From assembly GCA_002292285.1 (NCBI GenBank), contig DBBP01000026.1, positions 30,209-94,208 on the forward strand: DNA of 64,000 nt. Reading direction: 5' to 3'. This document shows positions 44,576-55,039 of this stretch, piece by piece. Position 1 is the first letter of the stretch. The number at the start of each line of letters is the position of its first letter. Under the pieces are notes generated by a model. The model searched no databases and was not told the origin of the DNA. It saw only the letters and a program-made list of their open reading frames with translations. Position numbers and translations under genes: made by a program. The DNA comes from Proteobacteria bacterium UBA981. GTDB taxonomy: Bacteria > Pseudomonadota > Gammaproteobacteria > Ga0077536.

Positions 44576-45991
44576 ATGAATGACATTCCGAATTCGCCTG
44601 CCGCGCCTGCGCCCAACGACCGCCCGGACGTGATTGATCGGGTCCAGGTCGCCCCTGAAACGACCCTTGCGGTGTTATCTCAGAACGAAGTGACAGCGCT
44701 GTGCCAGAATCATTCCCCAGCGCTGCGAGAGCTGCTGCGGCGCTGCGTTCTGGCGGTCCTGAGCAGTGGCATCGCCAATGACGATGCTGAGGGGCTGTTC
44801 GCTCGTTTCCCAGACTTCGAAGTCGATTTGGTGCAACAGGATCGGGGCGTTCTGCTTGATCTGAAGTCCGCCCCCGCGCTGTCTTTCGTGGGCGACCACA
44901 TGATTCGCGGCGTCCGTGAGCATTTGTTCGCGGTGCTGCGTGACCTCATTTACATCACCCCGGCGCTGGACGCAGAACAACACCTGAGCTTCGCAGGCAG
45001 CGATGGGGTGACTGATGTCGTTTTTCGCATCCTGCGCAACGCGGGCATTCTGGACGCAACACTCAGCCATGGTCTGACAGTGTGTTGGGGTGGGCATGCA
45101 ATTTCGCGCGACGAGTACGACTATACCAAGCAAGTCGGCTACGAACTCGGTTTGCGCGGGCTCGACGTCTGTACTGGATGCGGTCCCGGAGCGATGAAAG
45201 GGCCGATGAAAGGCGCGACCATCGCCCACGCCAAGCAGCGCGTCGATAGCGGGCGTTATATCGGTATCACCGAGCCGGGCATCATCGCAGCGGAGGCACC
45301 CAATCCGATCGTCAACGCGTTGATTATCATGCCCGATATTGAAAAGCGCCTGGAAGCATTCGTACGCCTGGCGCACGGCATCATTATTTTTCCGGGCGGT
45401 GTGGGGACGGCGGAGGAGCTGCTCTATTTGCTCGGCGTTCTGGCTCATCCGGACAACGCGGAACAGGGGCTGACGGTGGTATTGACCGGGCCGCCTGGCA
45501 GTGCTGATTATTTCGCCGCGCTGGATGAATTTGTACGCATGACGCTGGGACCGGCAAGCGCGGATCGTTATCGTATTGTGATTGACGATCCAGCACGGGT
45601 CGCCGAGTTACTCTCAACCGGTAGCGCGTCGAGTATCAAACGGCGCCAGGCGGCTGGCGAGGCGGTTTATTTCAATTGGCAGCTGGTCATCGAACAGGGT
45701 TATCAGAATCCGTTTGTGGCGACCCATGCAGCGATGGCAGAGCTGCAAATCTCAGACGAGTTGCCGAGCCACGAACTTGCGGCGAATTTACGCCGCGCGT
45801 TTTCAGGCATTGTTGCGGGCAACGTCAAGGAAAGCGGCGTACGTGCCGTCGCATCGCACGGTCCATTTCAAATACATGGTCAGGGGCGATTGATCCGCGC
45901 CCTGGATAACCTGCTCCGTCAATTCGTCGCGCAGGGGCGCATGCGCCTCGGCGATCGGGACTACCAGCCGTGTTACGAAATCGTGCAGTAA
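44576..45991 (+). CDS. ppnN: Nucleotide 5'-monophosphate nucleosidase PpnN (YgdH; LOG-family)
   Basis: 471 aa. Matches the recalled PpnN along its length: VCWGGH, CTGCGPGAM, IIMPDIEKRLEAFVR.AHGIIIFPGGVGTAEELLYLLG (PGGxGTxxE LOG motif), LRRAFSGIVAGNVKE, PCYEI. Confidence 0.85.
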   Translation: MNDIPNSPAAPAPNDRPDVIDRVQVAPETTLAVLSQNEVTALCQNHSPALRELLRRCVLAVLSSGIANDDAEGLFARFPDFEVDLVQQDRGVLLDLKSAPALSFVGDHMIRGVREHLFAVLRDLIYITPALDAEQHLSFAGSDGVTDVVFRILRNAGILDATLSHGLTVCWGGHAISRDEYDYTKQVGYELGLRGLDVCTGCGPGAMKGPMKGATIAHAKQRVDSGRYIGITEPGIIAAEAPNPIVNALIIMPDIEKRLEAFVRLAHGIIIFPGGVGTAEELLYLLGVLAHPDNAEQGLTVVLTGPPGSADYFAALDEFVRMTLGPASADRYRIVIDDPARVAELLSTGSASSIKRRQAAGEAVYFNWQLVIEQGYQNPFVATHAAMAELQISDELPSHELAANLRRAFSGIVAGNVKESGVRAVASHGPFQIHGQGRLIRALDNLLRQFVAQGRMRLGDRDYQPCYEIVQ

Positions 45992-45998
45992 GCGCGCA

Positions 45999-47195
45999 TC
46001 AGTAGCCAGTAAGCTCAACATAGCCGAGCCCGTCCAGTGGACGGCCGTGGCGCTCGGCGACTGCAGTCACTGCACCCTCCCAATACCGAAATCGTCCGGT
46101 CCATTCCTGGTCCGCGAGACGTGGACGCATCGCGACGCTCAATCCTAGCCTGGGTACTTCTAAGCGCCAACCGTGCGGATAGCGGATGTTGGTTGCGGCA
46201 CTTGTCCAATAGTCTGTAATGACGATGCTGACGTCGCTGGCTTCCAGGCGCGTCGCGTTACCCGAACTGTCGACGTAGGTGCCGGCGCTGTGCGCGTCAT
46301 CACCGCCGTCGAATTTGCGCAGGCGATAAAACATCAGACTCGACTGGTCTTCGAACTGTACGGCAAACCAATCCCAGCCTTGCTGTTCGCGATCGAGTGC
46401 GCTGGTACTCCATTCGCGATCAAGCCATGCCTGACCTGTGACGTGATGATCCTCGGCGCCAAGTCGTAATCGGCCGCCGGCGGTTAGTCGTGGTACCGAG
46501 TAGTAATAAGAAGCGTTGCCGAGGGCGGCGCTTTTGCGCGACAGCCCGGCGTCACCCTGTTTGATAACGGCGTGCCTGGAGGTCAGGTTCAGATCCAGTT
46601 CGATACTCTGCTGCGCTGCACGCAGGCGCCAGCTCGGCGGCGATGTCTGCGCGTCAAACTCAATACGCCAATCATCGAGCCACACGGCGACGGGCTGCTG
46701 CGACACACCGGCGATAGATGGATGGGCGCGGCTCATGCGCTCGAAGTGATGAAACGAATCATTCTCGATATCGCTGATGGCGAAATGTCCGAGCAGGATG
46801 CGCGGTGTGCGCCAGGCCGATCGCGACTCGAGCGAATCGCGGTCCAGCTCAAAGCGAAACAAGGTTAGCTGAAAGCCGAAAGGCCGCGCATTGCTATCGG
46901 ATAGATGGCCGGTGAAATACCACCACTCAGTACGAAAATCCTTATGCGTGGCGTGATCACGTGGGAACTCAAATGCGGCTGGTTCTTGTGCACGGCTGAA
47001 CTGCGACGTTGCCGGGCTTGCAAGTATGGCCATGGCGCCAGCGCGTTCGGACTTGCTGTTGGCGTGCTCTGAGTGCGGGCGGAAAAGCGCACCGACGACC
47101 AACAGCACGGCGAACAGAAAAAGATTCCTCATCCACACATAGGTACGCCCGCTACGCGCGATCAGCATCGCTTGGTGCCTCCAGTCACCACGCAC
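45999..47195 (-). CDS. AttH/CrtC-like lipocalin-domain protein (hydroxyneurosporene-synthase-like), probable lipoprotein/exported
   Basis: N-terminal hydrophobic signal. FPRDHATHKDFRTEWWYFTGHL is the characteristic AttH/CrtC N-terminal motif. Co-oriented with the FtsX-ABC genes. Confidence 0.65.
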   Translation of the reverse strand: MRGDWRHQAMLIARSGRTYVWMRNLFLFAVLLVVGALFRPHSEHANSKSERAGAMAILASPATSQFSRAQEPAAFEFPRDHATHKDFRTEWWYFTGHLSDSNARPFGFQLTLFRFELDRDSLESRSAWRTPRILLGHFAISDIENDSFHHFERMSRAHPSIAGVSQQPVAVWLDDWRIEFDAQTSPPSWRLRAAQQSIELDLNLTSRHAVIKQGDAGLSRKSAALGNASYYYSVPRLTAGGRLRLGAEDHHVTGQAWLDREWSTSALDREQQGWDWFAVQFEDQSSLMFYRLRKFDGGDDAHSAGTYVDSSGNATRLEASDVSIVITDYWTSAATNIRYPHGWRLEVPRLGLSVAMRPRLADQEWTGRFRYWEGAVTAVAERHGRPLDGLGYVELTGY

Positions 47196-47240
47196 ACCGT
47201 GTTACGCCACAAGTTATGCGCGAGCGTGCCGCGCGCAGGT

Positions 47241-49757
47241 TTATTCATAGCGCAAAGCTCGTGCTGGGTCGGCTCGCACCGCTTGCTCCGCGGGCAACAC
47301 CGTCGCCGCCGCGGCGCCGAGTAGCGCCAGCAAACAAGGCAAAACCAATGCGCTGTTGTTCCAACTAAAATCCATACTCCAACCGAATGACCGCACGTTA
47401 ATAATCTCAATCAACAACACGGCGATGAGCGCGCCGACCGGTAGTGCGATGAGCAGCGCGAGTGCGGTGACGATAAGCGTTTGCGCGTACAGATAACGGC
47501 GCACCAGGGCGCGCCGCCAGCCAACGGCGCGCAACACCGCGTATTCGTGCGCCCGTTCGAGATTTAGCGCTAGCAGGGCATTAAAAACACCCAAGGCGGC
47601 AATCAGCGCCGCAAGCAGGGTTAGTACGTCGGTCACGACGAACGTACGGTCAAAGATCGCCAGTGAGCGCGCGCGCAACTGCGCATTTGGCCACACAGTG
47701 AGATGTTCTTCGGCTTGGAGTTGGCGCCGCAGATCATTCTCGAGCGCATCGAGTGCGACATGATTTGCGGCGTAGATGCCGATGCTATGGGCAAGGTTCT
47801 TGCCCCAATAACGGTGGTAGTTTTCCCAGCTGATAGCGACTACGCCGCGTTCGCTACCATAGTCGGTGTACACGCCCATGACGGTCATTGGCACGATGCC
47901 GTTTGGCGTTGGCAACCGATAGCGATCGCCCACTTCAAGTCGCTGATGCCAGGCGAATGGCTCAGAGACAATGACGTGACCAGGTTGCTTCCAGTTTTCC
48001 CAGATCGCGTCGATGTCGCCATCTATGAAACGGAAGCCGGCGCGCGCAGCTGGCGGCAAGTCGTAGGCTGTAACGCGAGTTTCGACGCCATCGTTATCTA
48101 TGTAGACACGGGCGACCCGGCTCACAGATGCGACCCGTGGGTTTGCCAACACTTGCGTGATGAGCGTGTTGTCGATGGCCGCTTGATCGCGTCGTTCGAA
48201 GTTCTGCGAGACATATAAATCAGCGCGCATAAGTTGCTGCAACCAATCGTCCACTGCCGTGCGAAAACTCCCGACCATGAGTCCGACACCGACGCTGGTT
48301 GCAGTAGCGGCCATTAAGGCGGCGATGGCCAGACCGATCCGGGCCATAGAACGCGTTGCATTTTTCGCAGCGAGGCGTTCCGGCAGAGGAAGCCTAGCGG
48401 CCAGATTGCGCTCGATTGCGTTCAGCATGAGCTGCACAAGGCGCGGAGTTAGCAGCGTCGCTGCCACCACAAGGCAGCCAAGTGCTGCAAATCCGGCGTA
48501 CAGCGAGTGGGTCGTCATCGCGAGCAACACCATCCCCAACAGGGCGCTCAGCACGCCGATCGCAGCGGCATAAGACAACACGGATTGCGACTCGGATTCC
48601 TGTACGGAGAGGCGGACGATTTGCGCTGGTTCGAGCCGGGTCGCTTGCCACGCAGGTAGTATGGCTGCGCACACGGCACTGACTATTGCCAGCAACATGC
48701 CTAGCAACAGTAACCCGGGTGACGCCACGACGGCACTATGAGCCGCTCCGATGTAGTGATCACTGACGGTTTGCGCGACCGGTTCACTGAGGAGTTGCGC
48801 CAAGCCATAGCCAATGGCGTTCCCGACGCAGCCACCGATCGCGCCGAGCAGTAGTGCTTCGGTGAGAATTTGTCCGCCAATCGCGTTGCGGCTAACCCCC
48901 AAAGCGCGTAAGCGTGCATAAAGGGTCTGACGCTGTACGACCAGAAACGTCATTGTGTTGTAGATCATAAACGCGCCAACGAGCAGGGCGAGCATTCCCA
49001 ACGCATCCAGATTGGTGTAGAAAGCGTGAGTTAATTGCTCAGCGCTGGCGAGGTTCTGGCGCCGGTCGGTGAGGCGCAACGTCGGCCCGAGTGCACGCAG
49101 TAATCCGGGTTCTGATATTTCATCGTTCGCCTCACCGGGCCGCTGAAGTTCAATCCGGCTGAGCCTGAAAGGGCGGCCAGCGAGTTCCTGCGCTGTCGCG
49201 ATATCGACGACCAGAGCGTCGACGATCACACGGGTATCAAAGACCTCGATGATCTCCAATTCGCTGGCACCGCGTGGGCCCTGAACGCGCACGGATTGTC
49301 CCGACCGTAGTCCGAGTCTGGTCGCGGTGTGAGAACTGATCAGCGCACTGCCTGGTTGGCGCATGAGACGGGTGAGATCGAGGCCTGCGCCATTGCCAGT
49401 ACCCAGCGCCGGGCCCGTCAGTGGGTCGATGCCAATCACCGGCAGGGAATGCCGCTCACCGTCGCGGTCGAACTCAACCTGAGTATCGACCACGGGCGTG
49501 GGGTGCCAATGCGGAACGGCTATGCGTATCGTCGCGAGTCGTGCTTCGTCGAAGTCGCCATCGATGGCGCTAATCTGATGCGTGGCTCGGCCGAAGATGC
49601 TCTCCAACGATTGGGCAAAGGCAGTTCGTGCACTGAGCTGAGTGATTTGGATGCTGATCACAATGGCGACGCCGAGGGCGATACCGGTGACCGCGAGCAG
49701 GCACTGGCTGCGGTGGTGCAATAGATGGCGAGCGCTGGCGCGGAATAATAAGCTCAA
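47241..49757 (-). CDS. FtsX-like ABC transporter permease, double-FtsX (YbbP/MacB-like)
   Basis: 838 aa. Two repeats, each with a large periplasmic domain followed by a 3-TM FtsX bundle. The stop overlaps the start of the upstream ATPase gene by 4 nt. Confidence 0.85.
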   Translation of the reverse strand: MSLLFRASARHLLHHRSQCLLAVTGIALGVAIVISIQITQLSARTAFAQSLESIFGRATHQISAIDGDFDEARLATIRIAVPHWHPTPVVDTQVEFDRDGERHSLPVIGIDPLTGPALGTGNGAGLDLTRLMRQPGSALISSHTATRLGLRSGQSVRVQGPRGASELEIIEVFDTRVIVDALVVDIATAQELAGRPFRLSRIELQRPGEANDEISEPGLLRALGPTLRLTDRRQNLASAEQLTHAFYTNLDALGMLALLVGAFMIYNTMTFLVVQRQTLYARLRALGVSRNAIGGQILTEALLLGAIGGCVGNAIGYGLAQLLSEPVAQTVSDHYIGAAHSAVVASPGLLLLGMLLAIVSAVCAAILPAWQATRLEPAQIVRLSVQESESQSVLSYAAAIGVLSALLGMVLLAMTTHSLYAGFAALGCLVVAATLLTPRLVQLMLNAIERNLAARLPLPERLAAKNATRSMARIGLAIAALMAATATSVGVGLMVGSFRTAVDDWLQQLMRADLYVSQNFERRDQAAIDNTLITQVLANPRVASVSRVARVYIDNDGVETRVTAYDLPPAARAGFRFIDGDIDAIWENWKQPGHVIVSEPFAWHQRLEVGDRYRLPTPNGIVPMTVMGVYTDYGSERGVVAISWENYHRYWGKNLAHSIGIYAANHVALDALENDLRRQLQAEEHLTVWPNAQLRARSLAIFDRTFVVTDVLTLLAALIAALGVFNALLALNLERAHEYAVLRAVGWRRALVRRYLYAQTLIVTALALLIALPVGALIAVLLIEIINVRSFGWSMDFSWNNSALVLPCLLALLGAAAATVLPAEQAVRADPARALRYE

Positions 49758-50434
49758 GCGCTGGTGTCCCGCAGCGCGCCGCTTTCAAGTTCCAGCACAC
49801 GGTCGGCGCGGCCGATCATGTCCGGGCTATGCGTTGCCATTAATAACGCTGCGCCGGCCTCTCGGACGCAACTTTCGAATTCGTTAACGACCTGTGCGCC
49901 GGTCCGTTGATCGAGATTGCCAGTTGGTTCGTCGGCGATAATGAGCTGTGGATTGTGGATCAACGCGCGCGCGACGGCGGTACGTTGCTGTTCTCCACCG
50001 GAAAGTTGATCGGGATAGCGGCCGGCGAGTTGACCCAGACCAAGACGCCCGAGAATTTTCTCCACTCGTTTGTCATCTAACTCGCCGTTCAGCTCGAGTG
50101 ACATCGCGACGTTCTCCCACACACTCAGCGTGGGCAGCAAATTGTAGGCCTGAAACACGAAGCCGAGGTTGCGGCGTCGAAAAGTGGTGCGCTGCTCATC
50201 ATCCCAGCCAGAACAATCGCTACCTGCGAAGCAAATGCGTCCCGAATCGGGCGCGTCCATTTGTCCTATCAGGTTGAGCAGCGTGCTCTTGCCGGAGCCG
50301 CTGCGACCGATGACGACGACTATTTCGCCGCTGGCGATGTTGAGATCAAGCCGATCGACGACGGCCGGCGCCTCCCGGCTGGCGGAATAGCGCTTGGTGA
50401 GAGCGGTTGCGATTAACAAAGGCGGGGCATTCAT
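49754..50434 (-). CDS. ABC transporter ATP-binding protein (YbbA/LolD-like)
   Basis: Walker [11 protein letters not shown]-loop, signature LSGGEQQR, Walker [13 protein letters not shown]. 226 aa. Confidence 0.9.
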   Translation of the reverse strand: MNAPPLLIATALTKRYSASREAPAVVDRLDLNIASGEIVVVIGRSGSGKSTLLNLIGQMDAPDSGRICFAGSDCSGWDDEQRTTFRRRNLGFVFQAYNLLPTLSVWENVAMSLELNGELDDKRVEKILGRLGLGQLAGRYPDQLSGGEQQRTAVARALIHNPQLIIADEPTGNLDQRTGAQVVNEFESCVREAGAALLMATHSPDMIGRADRVLELESGALRDTSA

Positions 50435-50575
50435 GGTGCAAGACTAAATGGCGATCACGACTCCGGCAACGACCGCAGAATTTACAATGTGCTACAAGTC
50501 GCGTGACGTAGTTCAACTTTATCCGTCCCCCAATCCACTATCTTGAATCCACTTCCAATGTTCCCCCTCTTTTAG

Positions 50576-50599
50576 CCCCGCCTCGTGCGGGGTTTTTTT
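50576..50599 (+). terminator. Rho-independent terminator (CCCCGC-ctcgt-GCGGGG followed by T7)
   Basis: 6-bp all-GC stem, 5-nt loop, TTTTTTT tail, seen directly. No plus-strand CDS lies upstream of it. Confidence 0.55.
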
Positions 50600-50755
50600 A
50601 TGGCTGCCCGTACAAGACCTCTGGTGCGACCAGTCTAGCCTGCCAACTCGGTTGCATTTCTGTTACGTAAGTTTGACCTCTGCGCACCGATACTCTAGAA
50701 GGGAGTCGAGAGTGCCGGGAATGGCCCTGCATCAGCGTGAGTAGAATTCGAAACA

Positions 50756-51523
50756 ATGAATCTAAGCGTCATTATTCCGGCCTATAACGAACGCGAAACG
50801 ATTGCCGCGTGCCTGGTCAAGGTCGTTGCGGCTATTCCCGAAGTCGAGAAAGAGATCCTTGTCGTAGACGATGGGTCCACCGATGGCACCCGCGAATGGC
50901 TGGCCGAACACCTGACAGATTTAGCCGCCAGCGACAGTGCTCTCGAAGTAGACGACAGTGGTGGTCTGAAATGCGTCGCTGGCGTCGCGAACTTTCGTTT
51001 TCGGGTGATTTATCACGACGTGAATAAGGGCAAGGGCGGCGCGTTACAAACCGGCATGCAGGCAGCGACCGGGGACGTAGTCGTGATACAGGATGCTGAC
51101 CTCGAATACGATCCGGCAGATTGGGAAGGCATGTTCGACCTCATTGCCAACCGCCAGGTTGCCGATGTCGTCTACGGATCTCGTTTTTACGGTCGCCCGC
51201 ACCGAGCGCTGTATTTTCACCATTACATGGCCAATCGCCTGATTTCGCTCATTTTTAATACCCTCTACAACCAGACCCTTACGGATATTGAAGTCTGTTA
51301 CAAAATGTTCACGCGCGAGGTGCTGCAAAGTTTACGCATCACCGCCAACGATTTTGGCTTCGAAGTACAGTTCAGTGCCCAGGTCGCTCTCGCGCGAAAA
51401 TGGCGAATATATGAAATGGGCATCTCTTATTTCGGACGGACTTACGAAGAAGGCAAGAAGATCAATTGGAAGGATGGCGTGAAGGCGCTCGGCTATTTAT
51501 TCCAATTCCGTTTTTTTCCGTAA
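50756..51523 (+). CDS. GT2-family polyprenyl-phosphate glycosyltransferase (GtrB/ArnC/DPM1-like)
   Basis: SVIIPAYNERETI, VVDDGSTDGT, VVIQDADLEYDP motifs. 255 aa. Confidence 0.8.
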   Translation: MNLSVIIPAYNERETIAACLVKVVAAIPEVEKEILVVDDGSTDGTREWLAEHLTDLAASDSALEVDDSGGLKCVAGVANFRFRVIYHDVNKGKGGALQTGMQAATGDVVVIQDADLEYDPADWEGMFDLIANRQVADVVYGSRFYGRPHRALYFHHYMANRLISLIFNTLYNQTLTDIEVCYKMFTREVLQSLRITANDFGFEVQFSAQVALARKWRIYEMGISYFGRTYEEGKKINWKDGVKALGYLFQFRFFP

Positions 51524-51535
51524 GCATCTGAATCG

Positions 51536-52531
51536 ATGACCCGTAGCCGAATCATCCGCCAATGCGCCATCGGCACCGGTGGGCTAGCTGTCGGCGGATT
51601 ATTCTTGTGGCTAGCGCTGCGCGAAGTTGACGTCGCCGAATTGGGCACGATGATCAGGGGCATCGACGTTTCTGTCTTGCTTGGTGCGGCACTGATTTAC
51701 TGGGTAGCACTCGGATTGCGCACTTTGCGCTGGCACCTGCTGCTGCGCGAGCTGGCTTCGGTTAGTTTGCCTGGGGTCGCCGAAACGCTGCTCGTCGGAT
51801 ATGCAGTAAACAACGTGCTTCCCGCCCGCCTCGGTGAAGTCGCTCGGGCAGCATATGCCAAACGCCGTTTGCGCATTGGTCGCGCCAGAGTGTTTGGTTC
51901 TATCGTGATCGAGCGAGTGCTCGACCTTGTGGCGATCATGGCGTGTTTGCTGATTGGCCTAATCTCGATGCGTCTGACTGACGAGGTTACCCGCGTGCCG
52001 ACTTTCGAGTTGATCGCTATCAACGCGGGCGCTGTGATCGGTGTGATTATCCTCGCCCTGAGCATGCTGCGCTCGGGCACGTTCGGTCGATTTCGGCTAC
52101 CGCGAACGGTTGAAATCGTATTGGCAGACTTTTGTGCCGGCATCGCAACTTTAAACAAGAATTCGCTGCTGCTGTGCACACTGTTGAGTGCCGGCGTATG
52201 GCTATTCGAAGTGGTGGCGTTGAGCCAGGTTTTTACCGCCCTTGGGGTCCACTTGTCGGTTACGCAGGCACTGTTGCTGATGGGCGCGGCGTCCCTCAGC
52301 ACACTGGTCCCCACTGCGCCGGGCTATCTCGGGACTTATCAGCTGGTGTGCGTGCTGGCGATGAACGTGTTTGGTTTCAGTGCGGCGGCCGGAATTGCGG
52401 CGGCGACGGCGACCCAAATTGCGTTATTCGGCTCGGTTACTATCGCCGGCCTGGCGATCGTCATCGTGCGCGCCGTGCGTCGCTACGCGCTCGATGGAAG
52501 AGCTGGGCTGATGGGCCTGGTCTCGCCGTAG
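51536..52531 (+). CDS. Flippase-like membrane protein (lysylphosphatidylglycerol-synthase TM-region / UPF0104 family)
   Basis: 331 aa, about 8 TM helices. Immediately downstream of the GT2 (12-nt gap). Distant paralog of 19046..20137. Confidence 0.65.
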   Translation: MTRSRIIRQCAIGTGGLAVGGLFLWLALREVDVAELGTMIRGIDVSVLLGAALIYWVALGLRTLRWHLLLRELASVSLPGVAETLLVGYAVNNVLPARLGEVARAAYAKRRLRIGRARVFGSIVIERVLDLVAIMACLLIGLISMRLTDEVTRVPTFELIAINAGAVIGVIILALSMLRSGTFGRFRLPRTVEIVLADFCAGIATLNKNSLLLCTLLSAGVWLFEVVALSQVFTALGVHLSVTQALLLMGAASLSTLVPTAPGYLGTYQLVCVLAMNVFGFSAAAGIAAATATQIALFGSVTIAGLAIVIVRAVRRYALDGRAGLMGLVSP

Positions 52532-52583
52532 TTGCTGGGGCAACTCCATTATTCTGTTGTCTGCTTTTGCCTCGTGTGAAGGT

Positions 52584-53306
52584 TTAATCCTTTAGCGAGA
52601 ACGGCGTGAAATCCGTGTCCTTATCGTAGAAATCTTCCGCTTCTGCGCGTTTTAAGGCGCCAATGACGACATAGGTTGCCGGTGTCATGATGACCTCGAT
52701 CATGACTTTAAAAACGAAGTTGAACATCAACACGGTGAGCAGACTGCCGGAGCTCCAAATCCCGTAAAAGGCGATCGGATAGAACACCAGGCTGTCTACG
52801 CCCTGGCCGAGAATCGTTGAGCCAATTGTGCGCGCCCAAAGATGTCGACCGGCGGTCCACACCTTCATTCGCGCCATGACATACGCGTTGATGAAATCGC
52901 CAATCCAGAATGCCAATATCGAGGCCACGACAATTCGCCACGTTGAGCCGAACACCGTTTCCAGAGCGGGTTGAAGTACGTTGTTGAACGGTTCGGCCGG
53001 ACTGGGCGGCAGGTTAATGATGACCTGTGACATAACAGTCGCAAAAATCATCGCGCCGAAACCGGCCCAGATCACCTTGCGTGCTCGCGCATACCCGTAA
53101 ACCTCGGTGAGTATGTCGCCGAAGATGTAGCTGATTGGGAAAAAAATGTTGCCCGCACCGAAGACCAGACTTGCCCCGATCAAGGGCAGCACGAACGGAA
53201 AATCGATTTGGCAGACTTTGCCGGGACCAATCAGATTGGAACACAGCAATACGGTGACGAAACCTGCGGTGAGCAGGGAGTAGTAGCGATATTGTGGACC
53301 GGCCAA
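52584..53306 (-). CDS. yhhQ: Queuosine-precursor transporter YhhQ (VUT/DUF165 family)
   Basis: 240 aa with 6 TM helices. Blocks (GDILTEVYG, GQGVDSLVFYPIAFYG) align with the recalled YhhQ sequence. Confidence 0.7.
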   Translation of the reverse strand: MAGPQYRYYSLLTAGFVTVLLCSNLIGPGKVCQIDFPFVLPLIGASLVFGAGNIFFPISYIFGDILTEVYGYARARKVIWAGFGAMIFATVMSQVIINLPPSPAEPFNNVLQPALETVFGSTWRIVVASILAFWIGDFINAYVMARMKVWTAGRHLWARTIGSTILGQGVDSLVFYPIAFYGIWSSGSLLTVLMFNFVFKVMIEVIMTPATYVVIGALKRAEAEDFYDKDTDFTPFSLKD

Positions 53307-53393
53307 AGGTGTCCCCTAACGATTATTCGTCAGTACGATAACCAGGCACGCCATGGCTAGATACGCCGAGAGACGATGGGCGTCGTCGCCCAA

Positions 53394-53963
53394 CTATCCG
53401 CCGCCCAGCACCAGGCTTTTCAGGCTCTGGCGAATTGATGGGAACGAATGAGTAGCCTGTGACAGCTCGTCGGCGAAGTGCACGACGACATAGGCGTCAC
53501 CCAGGATCCCGCAACTCAAAATTCCAGTGAGCGCTTTACCGTTCTTATCTCCGGTCCAGCGGAACTGGACGAATTCCTGCACACCGACTCTCACTGGGCG
53601 TTTCTGAGCAACGACGAAGAAGCGCTCGTGGGTTGTCTTGAGTTCCGCCAGAAACAGGTTGATGCATTGCACGTTGCTGAGCTCACCGAAACGCTGACGG
53701 ATGTCTGCGCCAGGCATCATCGTGATCATCAACAGTTGTGCCGCGGCCGTAGTGGATGGCAGGTAGGTATAGGTCGCCCCCATCAAGGTTTTCGATTCCA
53801 GCGGCGGACCCAGAAAATCGGGTTTGGCGAACGTGTAGGGTGGGGCGGCACACGCCAAAACGGGCAACATCTGCGCGGTGAGCAAAAGGAGTAATCTGCA
53901 GCGCTCAGCGAATGTCCGGGAGCCCACTCGCCTAAATCCCCAGCTCGGCACGCCATGGCTCAA
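53394..53963 (-). CDS. Hypothetical exported protein
   Basis: N-terminal signal-peptide-like region (RLLLLLTAQMLPVLACAAPPY). The start may be the internal Met at 53870. No family recognised. Confidence 0.4.
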   Translation of the reverse strand: MSHGVPSWGFRRVGSRTFAERCRLLLLLTAQMLPVLACAAPPYTFAKPDFLGPPLESKTLMGATYTYLPSTTAAAQLLMITMMPGADIRQRFGELSNVQCINLFLAELKTTHERFFVVAQKRPVRVGVQEFVQFRWTGDKNGKALTGILSCGILGDAYVVVHFADELSQATHSFPSIRQSLKSLVLGGG

Positions 53964-54891
53964 GCACGCTCTCAGTGAGTCCCGTATGGCTCAACTGGCG
54001 CAGCGCGATCCGCTCCGCGAGCCGGCCGCTACGCGTACCCGCGCGTGCATAGCTGGCGGGCGCTCGCTGTGCGCGTACTGCGGCGCGCAGGCGATTCTTC
54101 TGGTCGACATAATCGCGTTCCCCAAAGCACGAAAGAAGCTCTTCGAAACGTTCGAATGCATGCCCGGAAAATGCGCGCCGCCGGCCGTGCGTGTCGTACA
54201 GAGGATGTTCCGGGTGTACGGTCAGCAACGGGCTCGAACCTGCCGGAATCGGGATATTCGCGGAGTGAGTGCGGCGCCTCTTGAGCAGGTCGGGCAACAG
54301 ATGGGTGTGCGGACCCGTCGGTGTTTGATGGCGGTCGATAGCCTGAAATACCTCGATGCGCGCCACCTTTGATATCGCAACACGCTGCGGACTGGCATCA
54401 ACTATGGCATCGAGCGCCGGGTGGCCGTCGACGACGATGGATTGGCCCGCATAGTGACGCAGCGCGGCGATCAATCCACGATCTTCACTTCGTATGCAGA
54501 AATCGATGTGCGGAAGATTGGCGCCAAGGTCGAATAAAATGGCGTGGCGATCCTGTGGGCGTAGCGCGTCGTGGTCCGCGTACAATTCGGTCAAACTGGA
54601 GCGCCCGGACATCTGCGCGCGCTCACCGCTCCCGATCAGGCTCAGCCCGTGCTGCCAGCTATCAGGATTCTCACTGCGCGTTTCGTAGGCGAGTGCATTT
54701 TGCTGATTGGCAGGACGCTCGACGCGCATGCCGCCGCGGGCGCTGATCACTTCCAAAGCGCCGGCCGCGCTTGAGTTGACGATGGATTCATCGTCCTGAA
54801 ATTCGGCGAGGGCACCAAACCCGCCAATGCTGAAGCCGCATTGGGGATCGCTAGCGCAGGTTTGCAAAAATGTGAATAAATCCAATTGCAT
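53932..54891 (-). CDS. Hypothetical protein
   Basis: 319-aa ORF co-oriented with its neighbours. No family recognised. Confidence 0.4.
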   Translation of the reverse strand: MQLDLFTFLQTCASDPQCGFSIGGFGALAEFQDDESIVNSSAAGALEVISARGGMRVERPANQQNALAYETRSENPDSWQHGLSLIGSGERAQMSGRSSLTELYADHDALRPQDRHAILFDLGANLPHIDFCIRSEDRGLIAALRHYAGQSIVVDGHPALDAIVDASPQRVAISKVARIEVFQAIDRHQTPTGPHTHLLPDLLKRRRTHSANIPIPAGSSPLLTVHPEHPLYDTHGRRRAFSGHAFERFEELLSCFGERDYVDQKNRLRAAVRAQRAPASYARAGTRSGRLAERIALRQLSHTGLTESVLEPWRAELGI

Positions 54892-55039
54892 TCGGCCCTT
54901 GCGGTCGTATTGGGAACGTGCCTCAGAATAACATCAGTGAACGCCGTGCGGTGTCAATCGAGGCGCTGCAGTTAACGCACAAGTAAGCTTGCCGTGGGCA
55001 AACGGTCAGCGCTGGACCGCGTGGTTCGAGCTGAGCGGC

